Of a stretch of 64,000 nt of DNA, positions 47,124 through 56,375 are shown in pieces (position 1 is the stretch's first letter; each line of letters starts with the position of its first letter). This DNA comes from a bacterium (GTDB taxonomy: Bacteria; Patescibacteriota; Andersenbacteria; UBA10190; CAIZMI01). The position numbers and the translations under genes are program-made. The stretch covers positions 106,181 through 170,180 of the forward strand of contig JAUSJG010000007.1 of the NCBI GenBank assembly GCA_030647555.1, given 5' to 3'. The notes beneath the pieces were generated by a model, which saw only the letters and a list, made by a program, of their open reading frames with translations, was not told the DNA's origin and searched no databases.

Positions 47124-47849
47124 CTACTGGGACGGATCTTGATTTATTCTGTTTTTTTTCTTCGATGCCTTGAAGCGTAGAACGCGTTGCACCAACGACG
47201 GCTTGGTGTTTTCGTTTTTCACCACCACCTTGATTGGTTTTTCTTTTTTGGTGGATTTGTAGATATCCAACACTTCTCGCGCGTGTTCTTTCCAGTCCAC
47301 CGTTTTACAATCAACACATTGAATCACGTGCGCGCGCGCTTCCGGAAAATGATGAATGCCACAGAGAATATCGCGATCTTTGCCGTTACGCAGTAAAATA
47401 TGACTGGCTTTCCAGCACAACGCGGAAAAACCAACCCGCGCGCCCAACATCCACGTGTTCACAAAAATATTCGAATCACGTTCCCCTGTTGGCACCCAAT
47501 GAAACGTGGTAATCACTTTGCCCGGATACAAATACGGAATCAACCCTTCCGGCGAATGAAAAACATCCAAACGCGCGGCGGTCAACAAAGACGAAACCAG
47601 CATATGCGAATAAAAGAATGGCAAATACGCACGGTACTGCGCGAACGGAAAATGCCGAATCTCGGTGTTGTCTTTTTTTAACAAATCCAATTCCGCCTTA
47701 GGCAACCTAGCATCAACAAAAATTACATAAAAGTTTTCCTTGTCTTGTTCAAGCAATGAATGCAAAAGACTGCGCGTATAATCCGCAATATCAGGATGAT
47801 GCTTGTGATGCTCCGGCGAAAGGATGTGGGCGTCGATACCTATTCTCAT
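47124..47849 (-). CDS. Glycosyltransferase family 4 N-terminal domain protein (C-terminal domain missing)
   Basis: MRIGIDA, YT..LL..L, LDVFHSP, VITTFH, then directly the terminal W...A.E.L..Y helix. Confidence 0.7.
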   Translation of the reverse strand: MRIGIDAHILSPEHHKHHPDIADYTRSLLHSLLEQDKENFYVIFVDARLPKAELDLLKKDNTEIRHFPFAQYRAYLPFFYSHMLVSSLLTAARLDVFHSPEGLIPYLYPGKVITTFHWVPTGERDSNIFVNTWMLGARVGFSALCWKASHILLRNGKDRDILCGIHHFPEARAHVIQCVDCKTVDWKEHAREVLDIYKSTKKEKPIKVVVKNENTKPSLVQRVLRFKASKKKNRINQDPSQ

Positions 47850-47963
47850 GGTTTTTTGTTAAAGGATTAGGCTTGATGCTCTTGGACTATCATTATCTCT
47901 CCCAATCTTCGTTTTGTCTATGTTTTTATTCTACACGGTCCTTATTCTACACCCCAAAACGAA

Positions 47964-49031
47964 TTACAGCTGTTCAAAAATCTTCACGTAAGATTGTGCC
48001 ACAAAAGTGTTATTGAACTTCCGCGCTTGTCCGAGATTGTGTTGCAACATATTAACATAACCGCCGCCATCAACGGCGGAAATAATTTTTTGCGCGCCCG
48101 CCGCGAAATCAACCGAATTAATATCGGCCAACGATTGATAAGGCACGCGAATAATATTCAGATCTTCAATCACCTCCGAACCGTTCATTTCCAAAATAAC
48201 GGGAACGCCGACACTCATGTGCAAAGAACCGGAACTTTCTCCCGTCCTGATCGCGTTGCCCAAATAATACATTTGTACATTGAACGTCATCCCAAAATCC
48301 GCCGGCTCGATATTTTCCGAATCTACCAAAATCGTGTGCTCCCCGTTAGCCGCCCCTTGAAGAGTTTCACGCGCCGAATTTTTGTTAATATCGACGAAAT
48401 TTACGGCCAAGGCACCGAAATTATCGGCGGTAATTTTTTTCAGACCGTCAATTTGCAACTGCTCTTTCGGTTTTCCGCCCAAATAGCCCCAAATATTCCT
48501 CGCATTGTTCGGATCCAATTTAAAAACTTCCGCTAATAATTTAATCATGTGCTCGACGGAACGCATTTCACCCCAAGTAGTATGGGTTCCGATGATAATC
48601 GGTTCCGTTTGAATGGTGTCTTTCATATCAAAGAACCCGTGTGGCACGACAAATCTATTTTTGATTCCGCAATAAAACGAATCATTTTGATGAAGATTAC
48701 CAAGAAACGCCAGCGCCTTATTGGGAGACAGACCGGACAATAGCTCCACCACTCCGGGCAAGCGAGTTTGCACCTCATCGGGACGATGCACCAAAACAAT
48801 CGCTTTCTGTTCCGCCGGCGCCGCTTTTATCATCGCCATAATCGCCTCGTCTTCCGCCGCTTGCGGCGCACCATGTATTTGGTATAGCACAATATCCAGA
48901 CCCAAGTTTTTTCCATCCCCCACCGCACCTTCCTCTGTTTGCCAACCGTAATTAATAAAACCATTCTTTAAAATATTTTTTGTATAACGTTCCAAACTCT
49001 TCGCACCGTAGATAATTATTTTTCCTTGCAT
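47964..49031 (-). CDS. Hypothetical protein, possibly GT-B-like
   Basis: 355-aa ORF; VPHG, SSGSLH..VG.PV and N...A..Y...F patterns resemble GT-B folds. Confidence 0.65.
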   Translation of the reverse strand: MQGKIIIYGAKSLERYTKNILKNGFINYGWQTEEGAVGDGKNLGLDIVLYQIHGAPQAAEDEAIMAMIKAAPAEQKAIVLVHRPDEVQTRLPGVVELLSGLSPNKALAFLGNLHQNDSFYCGIKNRFVVPHGFFDMKDTIQTEPIIIGTHTTWGEMRSVEHMIKLLAEVFKLDPNNARNIWGYLGGKPKEQLQIDGLKKITADNFGALAVNFVDINKNSARETLQGAANGEHTILVDSENIEPADFGMTFNVQMYYLGNAIRTGESSGSLHMSVGVPVILEMNGSEVIEDLNIIRVPYQSLADINSVDFAAGAQKIISAVDGGGYVNMLQHNLGQARKFNNTFVAQSYVKIFEQL

Positions 49032-49064
49032 AAAATGTTTAAAATTATTAACAAATAAAAATTT

Positions 49065-50771
49065 TTACATTACCTGAATTTTTTCTACGCCGAGCAAATC
49101 CAACACGTTTCCAAGAGTCTGTCGCGCCGCCAAGATCAAAAGAATCAACGTAATTTGTTCATTGCGATTTTCATTATTCAAAACATGCACCGTGTCATAA
49201 AAATAATGAATGGATTTGGCCAACTCAATTGCATAATGTGGCAACCGATGCACTTCCCAGGAAGTCGCCACATCATCCACTATTTCCGGGAAACGATATA
49301 CCTGACGCATTAATTCATGTTCGGCCACCTGCCGAAGCGGCACGATATCACGCACCGGTGGTGGGATAACACCGTCCAAAACATTAGTTTCCTTTGCCTT
49401 GCGAATAATCGAAGCCAGTCGCACATACGCGTATTGCACATAATAAACCGGATTACGATCAGTTTGCTCCTTGGCCAAATCGACATCAAAATCCATATGC
49501 GAAGACAGAGAATTCATACACAAGATAAACCGCGCCGCGGAAAGACCCGCCTCTTCCACCATTTTATCAAGCGGAATTGCCGTACCCGCCCGCTTCGACA
49601 TTTTCTTTCTTTCCCCACCTTCAATCACGGCCACCATCTGCGTCAAAATAATTTGGATCTTTTCCACATCGCCACCGACTGCCTTCACGCCACCCAACAA
49701 TCTTTTTACGTCGCCGTGGTGATCCGCGCCCCAAAAATTAACGATTTTTGAAAAACCGCGACCCAACTTATCCAAATGATAAGCAATGTCCGGCGCAAAA
49801 TACGTCGTGTGGCCATCACCTTTCACCAATACACGATCTTTATCATCACCAAATTCCGTTGCCTTAAACCAAACAGCATCGTCTTTTTCATAACTCAATC
49901 CAGCTTTTTTCAGCTTTTCCAACACATCCGCCACTTCGCCTTTTTCATGCAACGTTCTTTCTGAAAACCAAACATCAAAATGCACTTTGCATTTTTCTTC
50001 AATCATCTTTCTGATTTCTTCAATGACCGTATCCACCGATTTTCGCGCCAGTGAATTAATAAATGCCTCATCAGCTAAATCTTTTTCCGAAAATTCGTGC
50101 GCAACATCTTCAACATAAAGCTCCTCCACTTTCTGCGCGATTATTTTCACATCGTCACCTTGGTACATGTTTTCCGGATATTCCACATCAATTCCCCTTC
50201 GGCGCAAAATAGATCGTAAAATAGATTCACCAAAAATTCTTACCTGGTTACCGACGTCATTAATGTAGTATTCGCGGGTTACCGCCCAACCGGATTTCTC
50301 CAAAACGCGTCCTAATGAGTCGGCCCAAAAAAGCGCGCGACCATTTCCAAAGGTTGGCATACCGGTCGGATTAGCAGAAACGAATTCCAGATTAATTGTT
50401 TGACCTGATCCCTGATTGTTGCTACCAAAACGATCACCTTCCTCTGTAACGTCATCAAGTTTTTTTGTGAGCCACTGCGGATTAAGAAAAAAATTAATGA
50501 ATCCCGGTTCAATAATCTCGGTTTTTATAAAAAACTCACTTGGTTCTATATTTTTCACAATTATTGTCGCAACCTCCATTGGATTCTTACCACTCTTCTT
50601 TCCAATCGCCAATGCAATAGGTGTTGCATAATCACCCAAAATTGCTTGATTAGCCGGCGGATACTGCACAATAATTTTCCCTAATTCAATGTTCGGCAAT
50701 TCGCCAGCAGCGACTGCCTTTTCAATGGCGACCCTCAAGATTGATTGGAGTTCGTTTCGGAGATTTTGCAT
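49065..50771 (-). CDS. argS: Arginine--tRNA ligase
   Basis: GDYAT, PGFINF, EFVSANPTG, EYYINDVG.Q, WGADHHG, KMSKRAG, NPVYYVQYA. Confidence 0.97.
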   Translation of the reverse strand: MQNLRNELQSILRVAIEKAVAAGELPNIELGKIIVQYPPANQAILGDYATPIALAIGKKSGKNPMEVATIIVKNIEPSEFFIKTEIIEPGFINFFLNPQWLTKKLDDVTEEGDRFGSNNQGSGQTINLEFVSANPTGMPTFGNGRALFWADSLGRVLEKSGWAVTREYYINDVGNQVRIFGESILRSILRRRGIDVEYPENMYQGDDVKIIAQKVEELYVEDVAHEFSEKDLADEAFINSLARKSVDTVIEEIRKMIEEKCKVHFDVWFSERTLHEKGEVADVLEKLKKAGLSYEKDDAVWFKATEFGDDKDRVLVKGDGHTTYFAPDIAYHLDKLGRGFSKIVNFWGADHHGDVKRLLGGVKAVGGDVEKIQIILTQMVAVIEGGERKKMSKRAGTAIPLDKMVEEAGLSAARFILCMNSLSSHMDFDVDLAKEQTDRNPVYYVQYAYVRLASIIRKAKETNVLDGVIPPPVRDIVPLRQVAEHELMRQVYRFPEIVDDVATSWEVHRLPHYAIELAKSIHYFYDTVHVLNNENRNEQITLILLILAARQTLGNVLDLLGVEKIQVM

Positions 50772-50916
50772 ACCCAGTATATCAACTTCCAATTTGAGCG
50801 ATTTCGAATCGCTCAAAAGAAGAACCGGTTAATGTTAAAACATTCCTCGGGCCCATACACAAAACCAATAGTTCTCGCTGAAATTTGAAATTGGAAGTTG
50901 TATTACTACTGGGCAT
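50768..50916 (-). mobile_element. Start-codon-associated TIR element, copy 3 (argS)
   Basis: Minus strand ATGC-CCAGTAGTAATACAACTTCCAATTT ... TTGAGCGATT/AATCGCTCAA ... AAATTGGAAGTTGATATACTGGGT-ATGC. Confidence 0.8.
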
Positions 50917-51078
50917 TGCTTTAGTATAGCATTTATAGCACTAAATACCGAAAAATGACCAGAATAATTACGCGACGCTGGCGATGCCTGTCTTTTTGCC
51001 GTTTACAAATAAAGTATTTAGTTTTAAATTGATCGCGCGTCTCAACACACAATGTACATTCGTCAAAGGATACGGCAA

Positions 51079-51591
51079 ATGAACAGGTTACAAGAAGTTC
51101 TTGCCCTTACAGACATGATTGTGCGTATTCTGCCCAGGCTGGTCGCCGAAGTCAGGAAACAAAACATCAAGACACTTCTCGATATGGTTGATCTCGGTTC
51201 ATTCACCTCCAGATCACAGCTCGAATCTGTTCTTGATGAGGTACTCAGAAACAAGTGCGCCACGAGATCATACACGGACAGCGAAAGTGAGATTCGTCTC
51301 TTCGCTGGTTTCCTGGGAAGACTGAAGAAGGCTTGGGAACAAGAAATTGTGGTCACCTTCACAGAAAGCGGCAACCGCCTGTACGTTACCTACGCACTGC
51401 CACCGGAAAAAAAGCGAGCAACAGTCCCCTCCCAGCTCATCGTGGCGCATGGAGACGGTGCTTCAATGACGGGTCTGACGGACCATGATCTCCTGCGAGA
51501 CATTGACATTGCGATCCAAGCCGGACAGACCCCCGCTGAGCAAGTCCTCTCCTTGGCAAAACTTGGTCACGCAGCCAGTGAACCGGGGTGA
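51079..51591 (+). CDS. Hypothetical orphan protein
   Basis: AAGGA Shine-Dalgarno before MNRLQE; hairpin plus T-run downstream. Confidence 0.7.
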   Translation: MNRLQEVLALTDMIVRILPRLVAEVRKQNIKTLLDMVDLGSFTSRSQLESVLDEVLRNKCATRSYTDSESEIRLFAGFLGRLKKAWEQEIVVTFTESGNRLYVTYALPPEKKRATVPSQLIVAHGDGASMTGLTDHDLLRDIDIAIQAGQTPAEQVLSLAKLGHAASEPG

Positions 51592-51646
51592 CAAATACAT
51601 CCAACCCACCGACCCTGTCAAAGAGCCGGTTTTTATTACCTTTCCA

Positions 51647-51674
51647 AAATCATCAATCATCATTCATAATTCAT
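51647..51674 (-). repeat. Solo ATGA(A/T)TN heptamer half-array upstream of smpB
   Basis: AAATCATCAATCATCATTCATAATTCAT; nearly identical to the sequence before topA. Confidence 0.75.
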
Positions 51675-51681
51675 TACAGTT

Positions 51682-52131
51682 ATGTCCACCATCGCCGAAA
51701 ACAAGGAAGCGCACCATAAATACCTCATCGAGGAAACTCTTGAGGCGGGTGTTGTTTTGACCGGCCACGAAGTCAAATCGGCCCGCAAGGGCACGGTTTC
51801 CCTTAAGGGGGCCTACGCAACATTGAAGGGCGAAGAAGTTATTTTGGTCAACGCTCACATCGGCAGTTTTCAGCCGGGCAACGCCCCAGACGGTTATGAC
51901 CCGACTCGTTCCCGCAAATTGCTTCTACACACCGCCGAAATAAAAAAGATTATCGGAAAAAATAAAGCCCAAGGATTAACAATGGTGCCACTAAAATTCT
52001 ATGCCTCGCGTGGCAAGATTAAAGTTCAACTCGGCATCGCCCGCACCAAATCAAAAGCCGATAAACGCGAATCACTAAAGAAACAAGAAGCCAACCGCGA
52101 AATCGCGCGCGCGATGCGGGTAAAGAAATGA
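51682..52131 (+). CDS. smpB: SsrA-binding protein
   Basis: IAENKEA.H.Y.IEE.LEAG..L.G.EVKS, RKLLLH, GLTMVPL, DKRE. Confidence 0.97.
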   Translation: MSTIAENKEAHHKYLIEETLEAGVVLTGHEVKSARKGTVSLKGAYATLKGEEVILVNAHIGSFQPGNAPDGYDPTRSRKLLLHTAEIKKIIGKNKAQGLTMVPLKFYASRGKIKVQLGIARTKSKADKRESLKKQEANREIARAMRVKK

Positions 52132-52925
52132 ACAATTACAAACGCGCTTATTTTAATACAACTATTTTTTTTAAAACTTTTATTCATCGAATAGTTAATC
52201 ACTACGGCTACGAAATTAACAAAACGACAACTATAAAAAGATTCGGTGATGAATATCAAGCGCTAATAAGCCTTTATTGTAAAGAACTGAATTTTGAACT
52301 CCGCACCGAAACCAATGATGCCTTTATTTTTAAGGAAGTCTTTATTGATAATTGCTATAATCTTCCCCCTTCCATCGCGGGTCAAACGGTGGTTGATCTG
52401 GGTGCTCATATTGGCACCTTCTCACTGCTTGCCCTGCGTCACGGTGCAGAAAAAGTAATCGCTGTAGAACCGGATATGGTAGGTTTTCAAATACTAAAAC
52501 AACACCTTTCCAAATTTCCCAACATAGTTTTCTACAATAACGCAATCTGGAAAAACAATACTGACGATATAATGCTCTGTGGCCCGAGCAAGAAACTACC
52601 CACACATTATCGGGCGCTTGAAACCACTTCTGCGAACTTGCCTCCTGTTTGCCAAAAAGCAAAACCGATAACACTGGCAGAAATATTCTTAGAACAAAGG
52701 CTTGAAAAAATAGATATTCTAAAAATAGATATTGAAGGAGGAGAAATAGAAGTATTTTCTTCGCTACCCCAAGAATACTTTGCAAAAATCAATAACATCG
52801 TTGGCGAATGGCACGGACAAGAAGCATTGTGTGTTCTCCGGCAATATCTATCACCTTTCTATGATTTAGAATTCCGTGAAGATAACCCCAATGTCGACTA
52901 CTTTTTCGCGCATAAAAAACAATAA
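52128..52925 (+). CDS. FkbM family methyltransferase
   Basis: VVDLGAHIG.FS, AVEP, IDILKIDIEGGE, GEWH. Confidence 0.92.
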   Translation: MNNYKRAYFNTTIFFKTFIHRIVNHYGYEINKTTTIKRFGDEYQALISLYCKELNFELRTETNDAFIFKEVFIDNCYNLPPSIAGQTVVDLGAHIGTFSLLALRHGAEKVIAVEPDMVGFQILKQHLSKFPNIVFYNNAIWKNNTDDIMLCGPSKKLPTHYRALETTSANLPPVCQKAKPITLAEIFLEQRLEKIDILKIDIEGGEIEVFSSLPQEYFAKINNIVGEWHGQEALCVLRQYLSPFYDLEFREDNPNVDYFFAHKKQ

Positions 52926-52997
52926 ATACCGCACTGCCGAAATTAAAAAACCGCCACTGTCTCTAAGAAACATTGGCGGGTCTTTGCGACTCAATCG

Positions 52998-54035
52998 CTA
53001 CGCGCTTCTCATGATCACCTCCGGTGCTTCACTTACCAGGCAACGAATTCCGGCGTTCATCCACACTGGATAGTAACGAATCGGGACGGCAGTAGTGAAG
53101 ACATTTTCGCGACCAACAATGTCCGCGACCAACGCCTCCACATCGGGATCACCGGAAGTCATGAGCACACGCCCACCATCCACCTGCAATAGATTAAGGG
53201 CGTATGGAACACATAATGTCTGGGCTGGCACATGCACTGTGATGTCGAGCGGTTTACAGACCCGCTGAAGCAACGCAACTGTTTCTCCCGGTTCACGTGC
53301 TGTCCAGTTCTGTCCCTGAAGCCACTCCGTGGAAAAGTTCAAACGATCCATTACGAAATGGAGCGACTTGTCTTGAGCCGAGAGCAGTGTGCCAATCCGA
53401 TCCAGGTGGTCGTTGTATGAAACCTTTTCCGTTACACCACCCCAGCCATAACGAAGGGCCACAAGAAAAGGTATTTCTCCAAACTGCATACCCATCTCGC
53501 GCAAAATCTGCACATCGTCTTCCCAAAGCGACCGTGACGGTCCAACATCTTCGGTTCGCAAACGATCACCGATAAGTGCTGTTCTTCCGGAGTAGAGCAT
53601 GCGTCCGCCCTCACCCCACACAGACTTCGCAATCCGCCACCCATCCTTAGATGAGACGACGCTCTCAATCCCACAAGGATTGAGGAGCAGCGTTTTCAAA
53701 TCCTGATGGACAGTACAGAAGTCTCGCGGATACAGGACGGTTGAAGGGGCGTGACCCGGAAACGCCGCCAGCCTACAACCCAACGCTTGATTGAGAGTAA
53801 ACACATAGGCTTGGTCGACCTTGGTTATGTCGCGACACACGATTCGAAAATCGACACTCATCTGTTTCAGAGCATAAGCGATCGCCGCGTGCTCCCTTCT
53901 CAGATTTTCTGCCACGATAGCCATCGTCCTGGACTCATCCAAGACATCTTGGCACAACCGCGCTTGGCCAGCGGGGGCGAAGAAATCGTTTCGACGCGCG
54001 ATATTAAACTTCGGTTCTCCCAGTAGGTACATCAT
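52998..54035 (-). CDS. Amidinotransferase/pentein superfamily enzyme (arginine deiminase/DDAH-like)
   Basis: YPRD, GEGG, HLD, YALN and AGIRC motifs in pentein order; own promoter and terminator. Confidence 0.75.
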   Translation of the reverse strand: MMYLLGEPKFNIARRNDFFAPAGQARLCQDVLDESRTMAIVAENLRREHAAIAYALKQMSVDFRIVCRDITKVDQAYVFTLNQALGCRLAAFPGHAPSTVLYPRDFCTVHQDLKTLLLNPCGIESVVSSKDGWRIAKSVWGEGGRMLYSGRTALIGDRLRTEDVGPSRSLWEDDVQILREMGMQFGEIPFLVALRYGWGGVTEKVSYNDHLDRIGTLLSAQDKSLHFVMDRLNFSTEWLQGQNWTAREPGETVALLQRVCKPLDITVHVPAQTLCVPYALNLLQVDGGRVLMTSGDPDVEALVADIVGRENVFTTAVPIRYYPVWMNAGIRCLVSEAPEVIMRSA

Positions 54036-54113
54036 TCGACCCATCCTCCAAAAAGAGATTAAATTTTCAAAAAAGGACGACCCTCTACTATACTTATATT
54101 TTCACGATTGTCA

Positions 54114-54147
54114 ACGCATCGTAATGTAACACGCATCGTAATGTAAC
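54114..54147 (+). repeat. 17-bp tandem duplication
   Basis: ACGCATCGTAATGTAAC x2. Confidence 0.9.
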
Positions 54148-54266
54148 CACTCACTGGTCGAGATTTATCTGGGACCGTCCCTGCACGCCAGGGTCGGTCA
54201 CAGATAAACAAAATTACTTACAAATCAAACTAATTACTCACACTTCCTCAACCTGTGAGCGGTTAC
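54143..54266. mobile_element. MITE-like element with GTAACC(A/G)CTCAC ends and an internal hairpin
   Basis: GTAACCACTCACTGGTCGAG ... CTCAACCTGTGAGCGGTTAC; internal TTTATCTG...CAGATAAA stem. Confidence 0.7.
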
Positions 54267-54502
54267 ATTCATAATGCCTCAGTGGATTGGGACACCAACT
54301 ATTGAAGCATTACATTAGTATGGACCCCCGACTTCTCGGGGGTGGTGGATTTTTCTGATACTTACTGTAATATCGACTTTCAGGCGGGTGAGGAGCTACT
54401 TACGCGTTATATTTGACAAATTCAAATAAATCTTATAATATACTACGTTCAGTTACGGAACGATTTTTTGACAATTTTCCTCCTTCTTCAGGGAACCCTG
54501 CC

Positions 54503-56317
54503 ATGTCCATGTCAATGGGATGTTACGTCGGTGCGTATCTCACTCAAGCGGTCGTTCAGGTTGCATCACTATCCCCAATCCAATGGAGCCTGCTCAGTGC
54601 GTACGCCAAATACGGCTACGGCCCACCTCCTTACGTCGAGCCGACGTATGAGGATGAAACTTTCCACCCCCGGCTCAAGCTCAAACTCCAACAGATCGTC
54701 GGCTTTGAGGAGATGGAACACTCCCTCCGCATGCAGTATGTCGACGCGGCCAACGAAGTATTTCGTTTCGCCTACACACGCGGACGAGATGAGGACGATG
54801 AACAGAAAGGATTCTACAAAATCCCCCTCCTGCGCAATCGCCGGATCATGGATGATCCAGAAGGCATCGACCGCATCAAGATTCGCATTAGTCGCGCGGA
54901 ATACGAACGTGCCAACGCGATCCTGGAAGCCGTCGGCGAACTGGAAAGGATCGCACGCGCCATTCCATACTACGAGCTGTACTGCACGGTCAAGAAAAAC
55001 CTGCGGCGTCAGTTCAAAGTTGGGCTCGATGATGTGGTCTTAGTATCGATTGACCGCGGTGGTCGACTCCCCTGCATCATCCTTCAACGAGCATTGAACA
55101 TGCCCTGCATGTTCTCGCTCAAAGTAGACCAGGGCGGACGAGGCCTGGACGAAGACCGTCTCCTCGAATTCGTTTCGGACGGCACTCTGCGAGACAAGCA
55201 TGTCCTCTTTGTGGACTCGACCGTGGATTCGGGACGTCAGATCCGAGTGTTAGAGCGTTACTTCGATGATTCCAACTGGCGAGCCAGACTGGGACACCGA
55301 AGTTGGTCCATCGTCGGATCAAACGACTACGCCGAAAATCTCGGTCACCACTTGAACGTCAATTGGGGTGTCGATCCCGACCGAACGTTTGAGGACAACC
55401 CCCAACTAATGGGGATCGACTACGCTCCGGGAAGTCACACGAAGGTCGTTGATTTTCCGTCGCAAGCCGCGACCGACATTCGCAGATGTTTGTTGGCAGT
55501 GCCGGATGGCTACATCTACACTACCTCAGACATCGACGAACAACTCGCCACCCAACGCGAAAAATGGCAGCAACGCCAAAAGGAGCGTCGGGCGGAACAC
55601 AGACGGCAAGTGGCGACAGAAAAAGCGACTCATCGAAGCGAAACAGCGCAACATCGACAGCGAGTGAAGGCTGCCGACAAGGCCGATCGTCTCGATCGTG
55701 AATTGCGACGAATCACCTCTTCCAAGCGTTGGCAAGCACTCAAGCGTGCAAGCCAAAGTCTGCCGGAAGAGACATTGCCTCAAGCGGTTCAAAACGGGCA
55801 AGCCCACGAAATGCACAACGTGCTAATCGTGGGCGCGCGCCAGCAGAACCTGCCACAGGCAACGGTAGATTTCGTCGCCGACAACCTTGGCCCTCACTGC
55901 TCACTGTTTGCCGGAACGCCCAAAGGCAACCCCGGCGCCGTCCTCAAGGCGGTGCTGGCAAGCCAGAAGGTTCCGCAACCGGAGGTGCGTCTGTATCAAA
56001 CAGAGCACATGCGGGGACAAGTCGATCCAGCATTCGGCAACTCGCCGGTCGTGTTCGTCGGTCCAGACAAGCACGACGTGCGCTACAGGATGATCGATGA
56101 CTCGCACGCAGTCCTCGCTCTGGGTGGAGAAGATGGGACGCTGGAAGAAGTGCTCCAAGCACTTCTCTCGGATAAGCCCACCTTCATTATCTCGGGTTAC
56201 GGACCAGTCGCCGCCTACGTCGCCGGTAGCAAGCAGCTTCGAAAGAAGAAGAGCTTGCACATCTGTTCCAGTGTGGCCGAGGCGGTACAGCTGATCCTAG
56301 ACGCGTCCAAAGCCTAG
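54503..56317 (+). CDS. Phosphoribosyltransferase - coiled coil - SLOG (LOG/Smf-like) fusion protein
   Basis: VSIDRGG and VLFVDSTVDSG (type I PRTase); C-terminal R..M...SHAVLALGGEDGTLEEV..A...KP (SLOG); visibly more GC-rich than the core genes. Confidence 0.75.
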   Translation: MSMSMGCYVGAYLTQAVVQVASLSPIQWSLLSAYAKYGYGPPPYVEPTYEDETFHPRLKLKLQQIVGFEEMEHSLRMQYVDAANEVFRFAYTRGRDEDDEQKGFYKIPLLRNRRIMDDPEGIDRIKIRISRAEYERANAILEAVGELERIARAIPYYELYCTVKKNLRRQFKVGLDDVVLVSIDRGGRLPCIILQRALNMPCMFSLKVDQGGRGLDEDRLLEFVSDGTLRDKHVLFVDSTVDSGRQIRVLERYFDDSNWRARLGHRSWSIVGSNDYAENLGHHLNVNWGVDPDRTFEDNPQLMGIDYAPGSHTKVVDFPSQAATDIRRCLLAVPDGYIYTTSDIDEQLATQREKWQQRQKERRAEHRRQVATEKATHRSETAQHRQRVKAADKADRLDRELRRITSSKRWQALKRASQSLPEETLPQAVQNGQAHEMHNVLIVGARQQNLPQATVDFVADNLGPHCSLFAGTPKGNPGAVLKAVLASQKVPQPEVRLYQTEHMRGQVDPAFGNSPVVFVGPDKHDVRYRMIDDSHAVLALGGEDGTLEEVLQALLSDKPTFIISGYGPVAAYVAGSKQLRKKKSLHICSSVAEAVQLILDASKA

Positions 56318-56375
56318 TCGCTCTTTCCTCGTTCAATTCCCCGTTGATTCACATTCGTGAATCGCGGGGATTTTT

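Noticed and set aside
19457-50771. Five aminoacyl-tRNA synthetase genes within 31 kb
   Set aside because: Expected density of translation genes in a reduced genome; they are not one operon.
51592-52131. tmRNA near smpB
   Set aside because: No tRNA-Ala-like ends or tag reading frame recognised nearby.
54114-54147. Possible CRISPR repeat
   Set aside because: Two abutting 17-bp units with no spacer and no cas genes; no array was found anywhere in the window.
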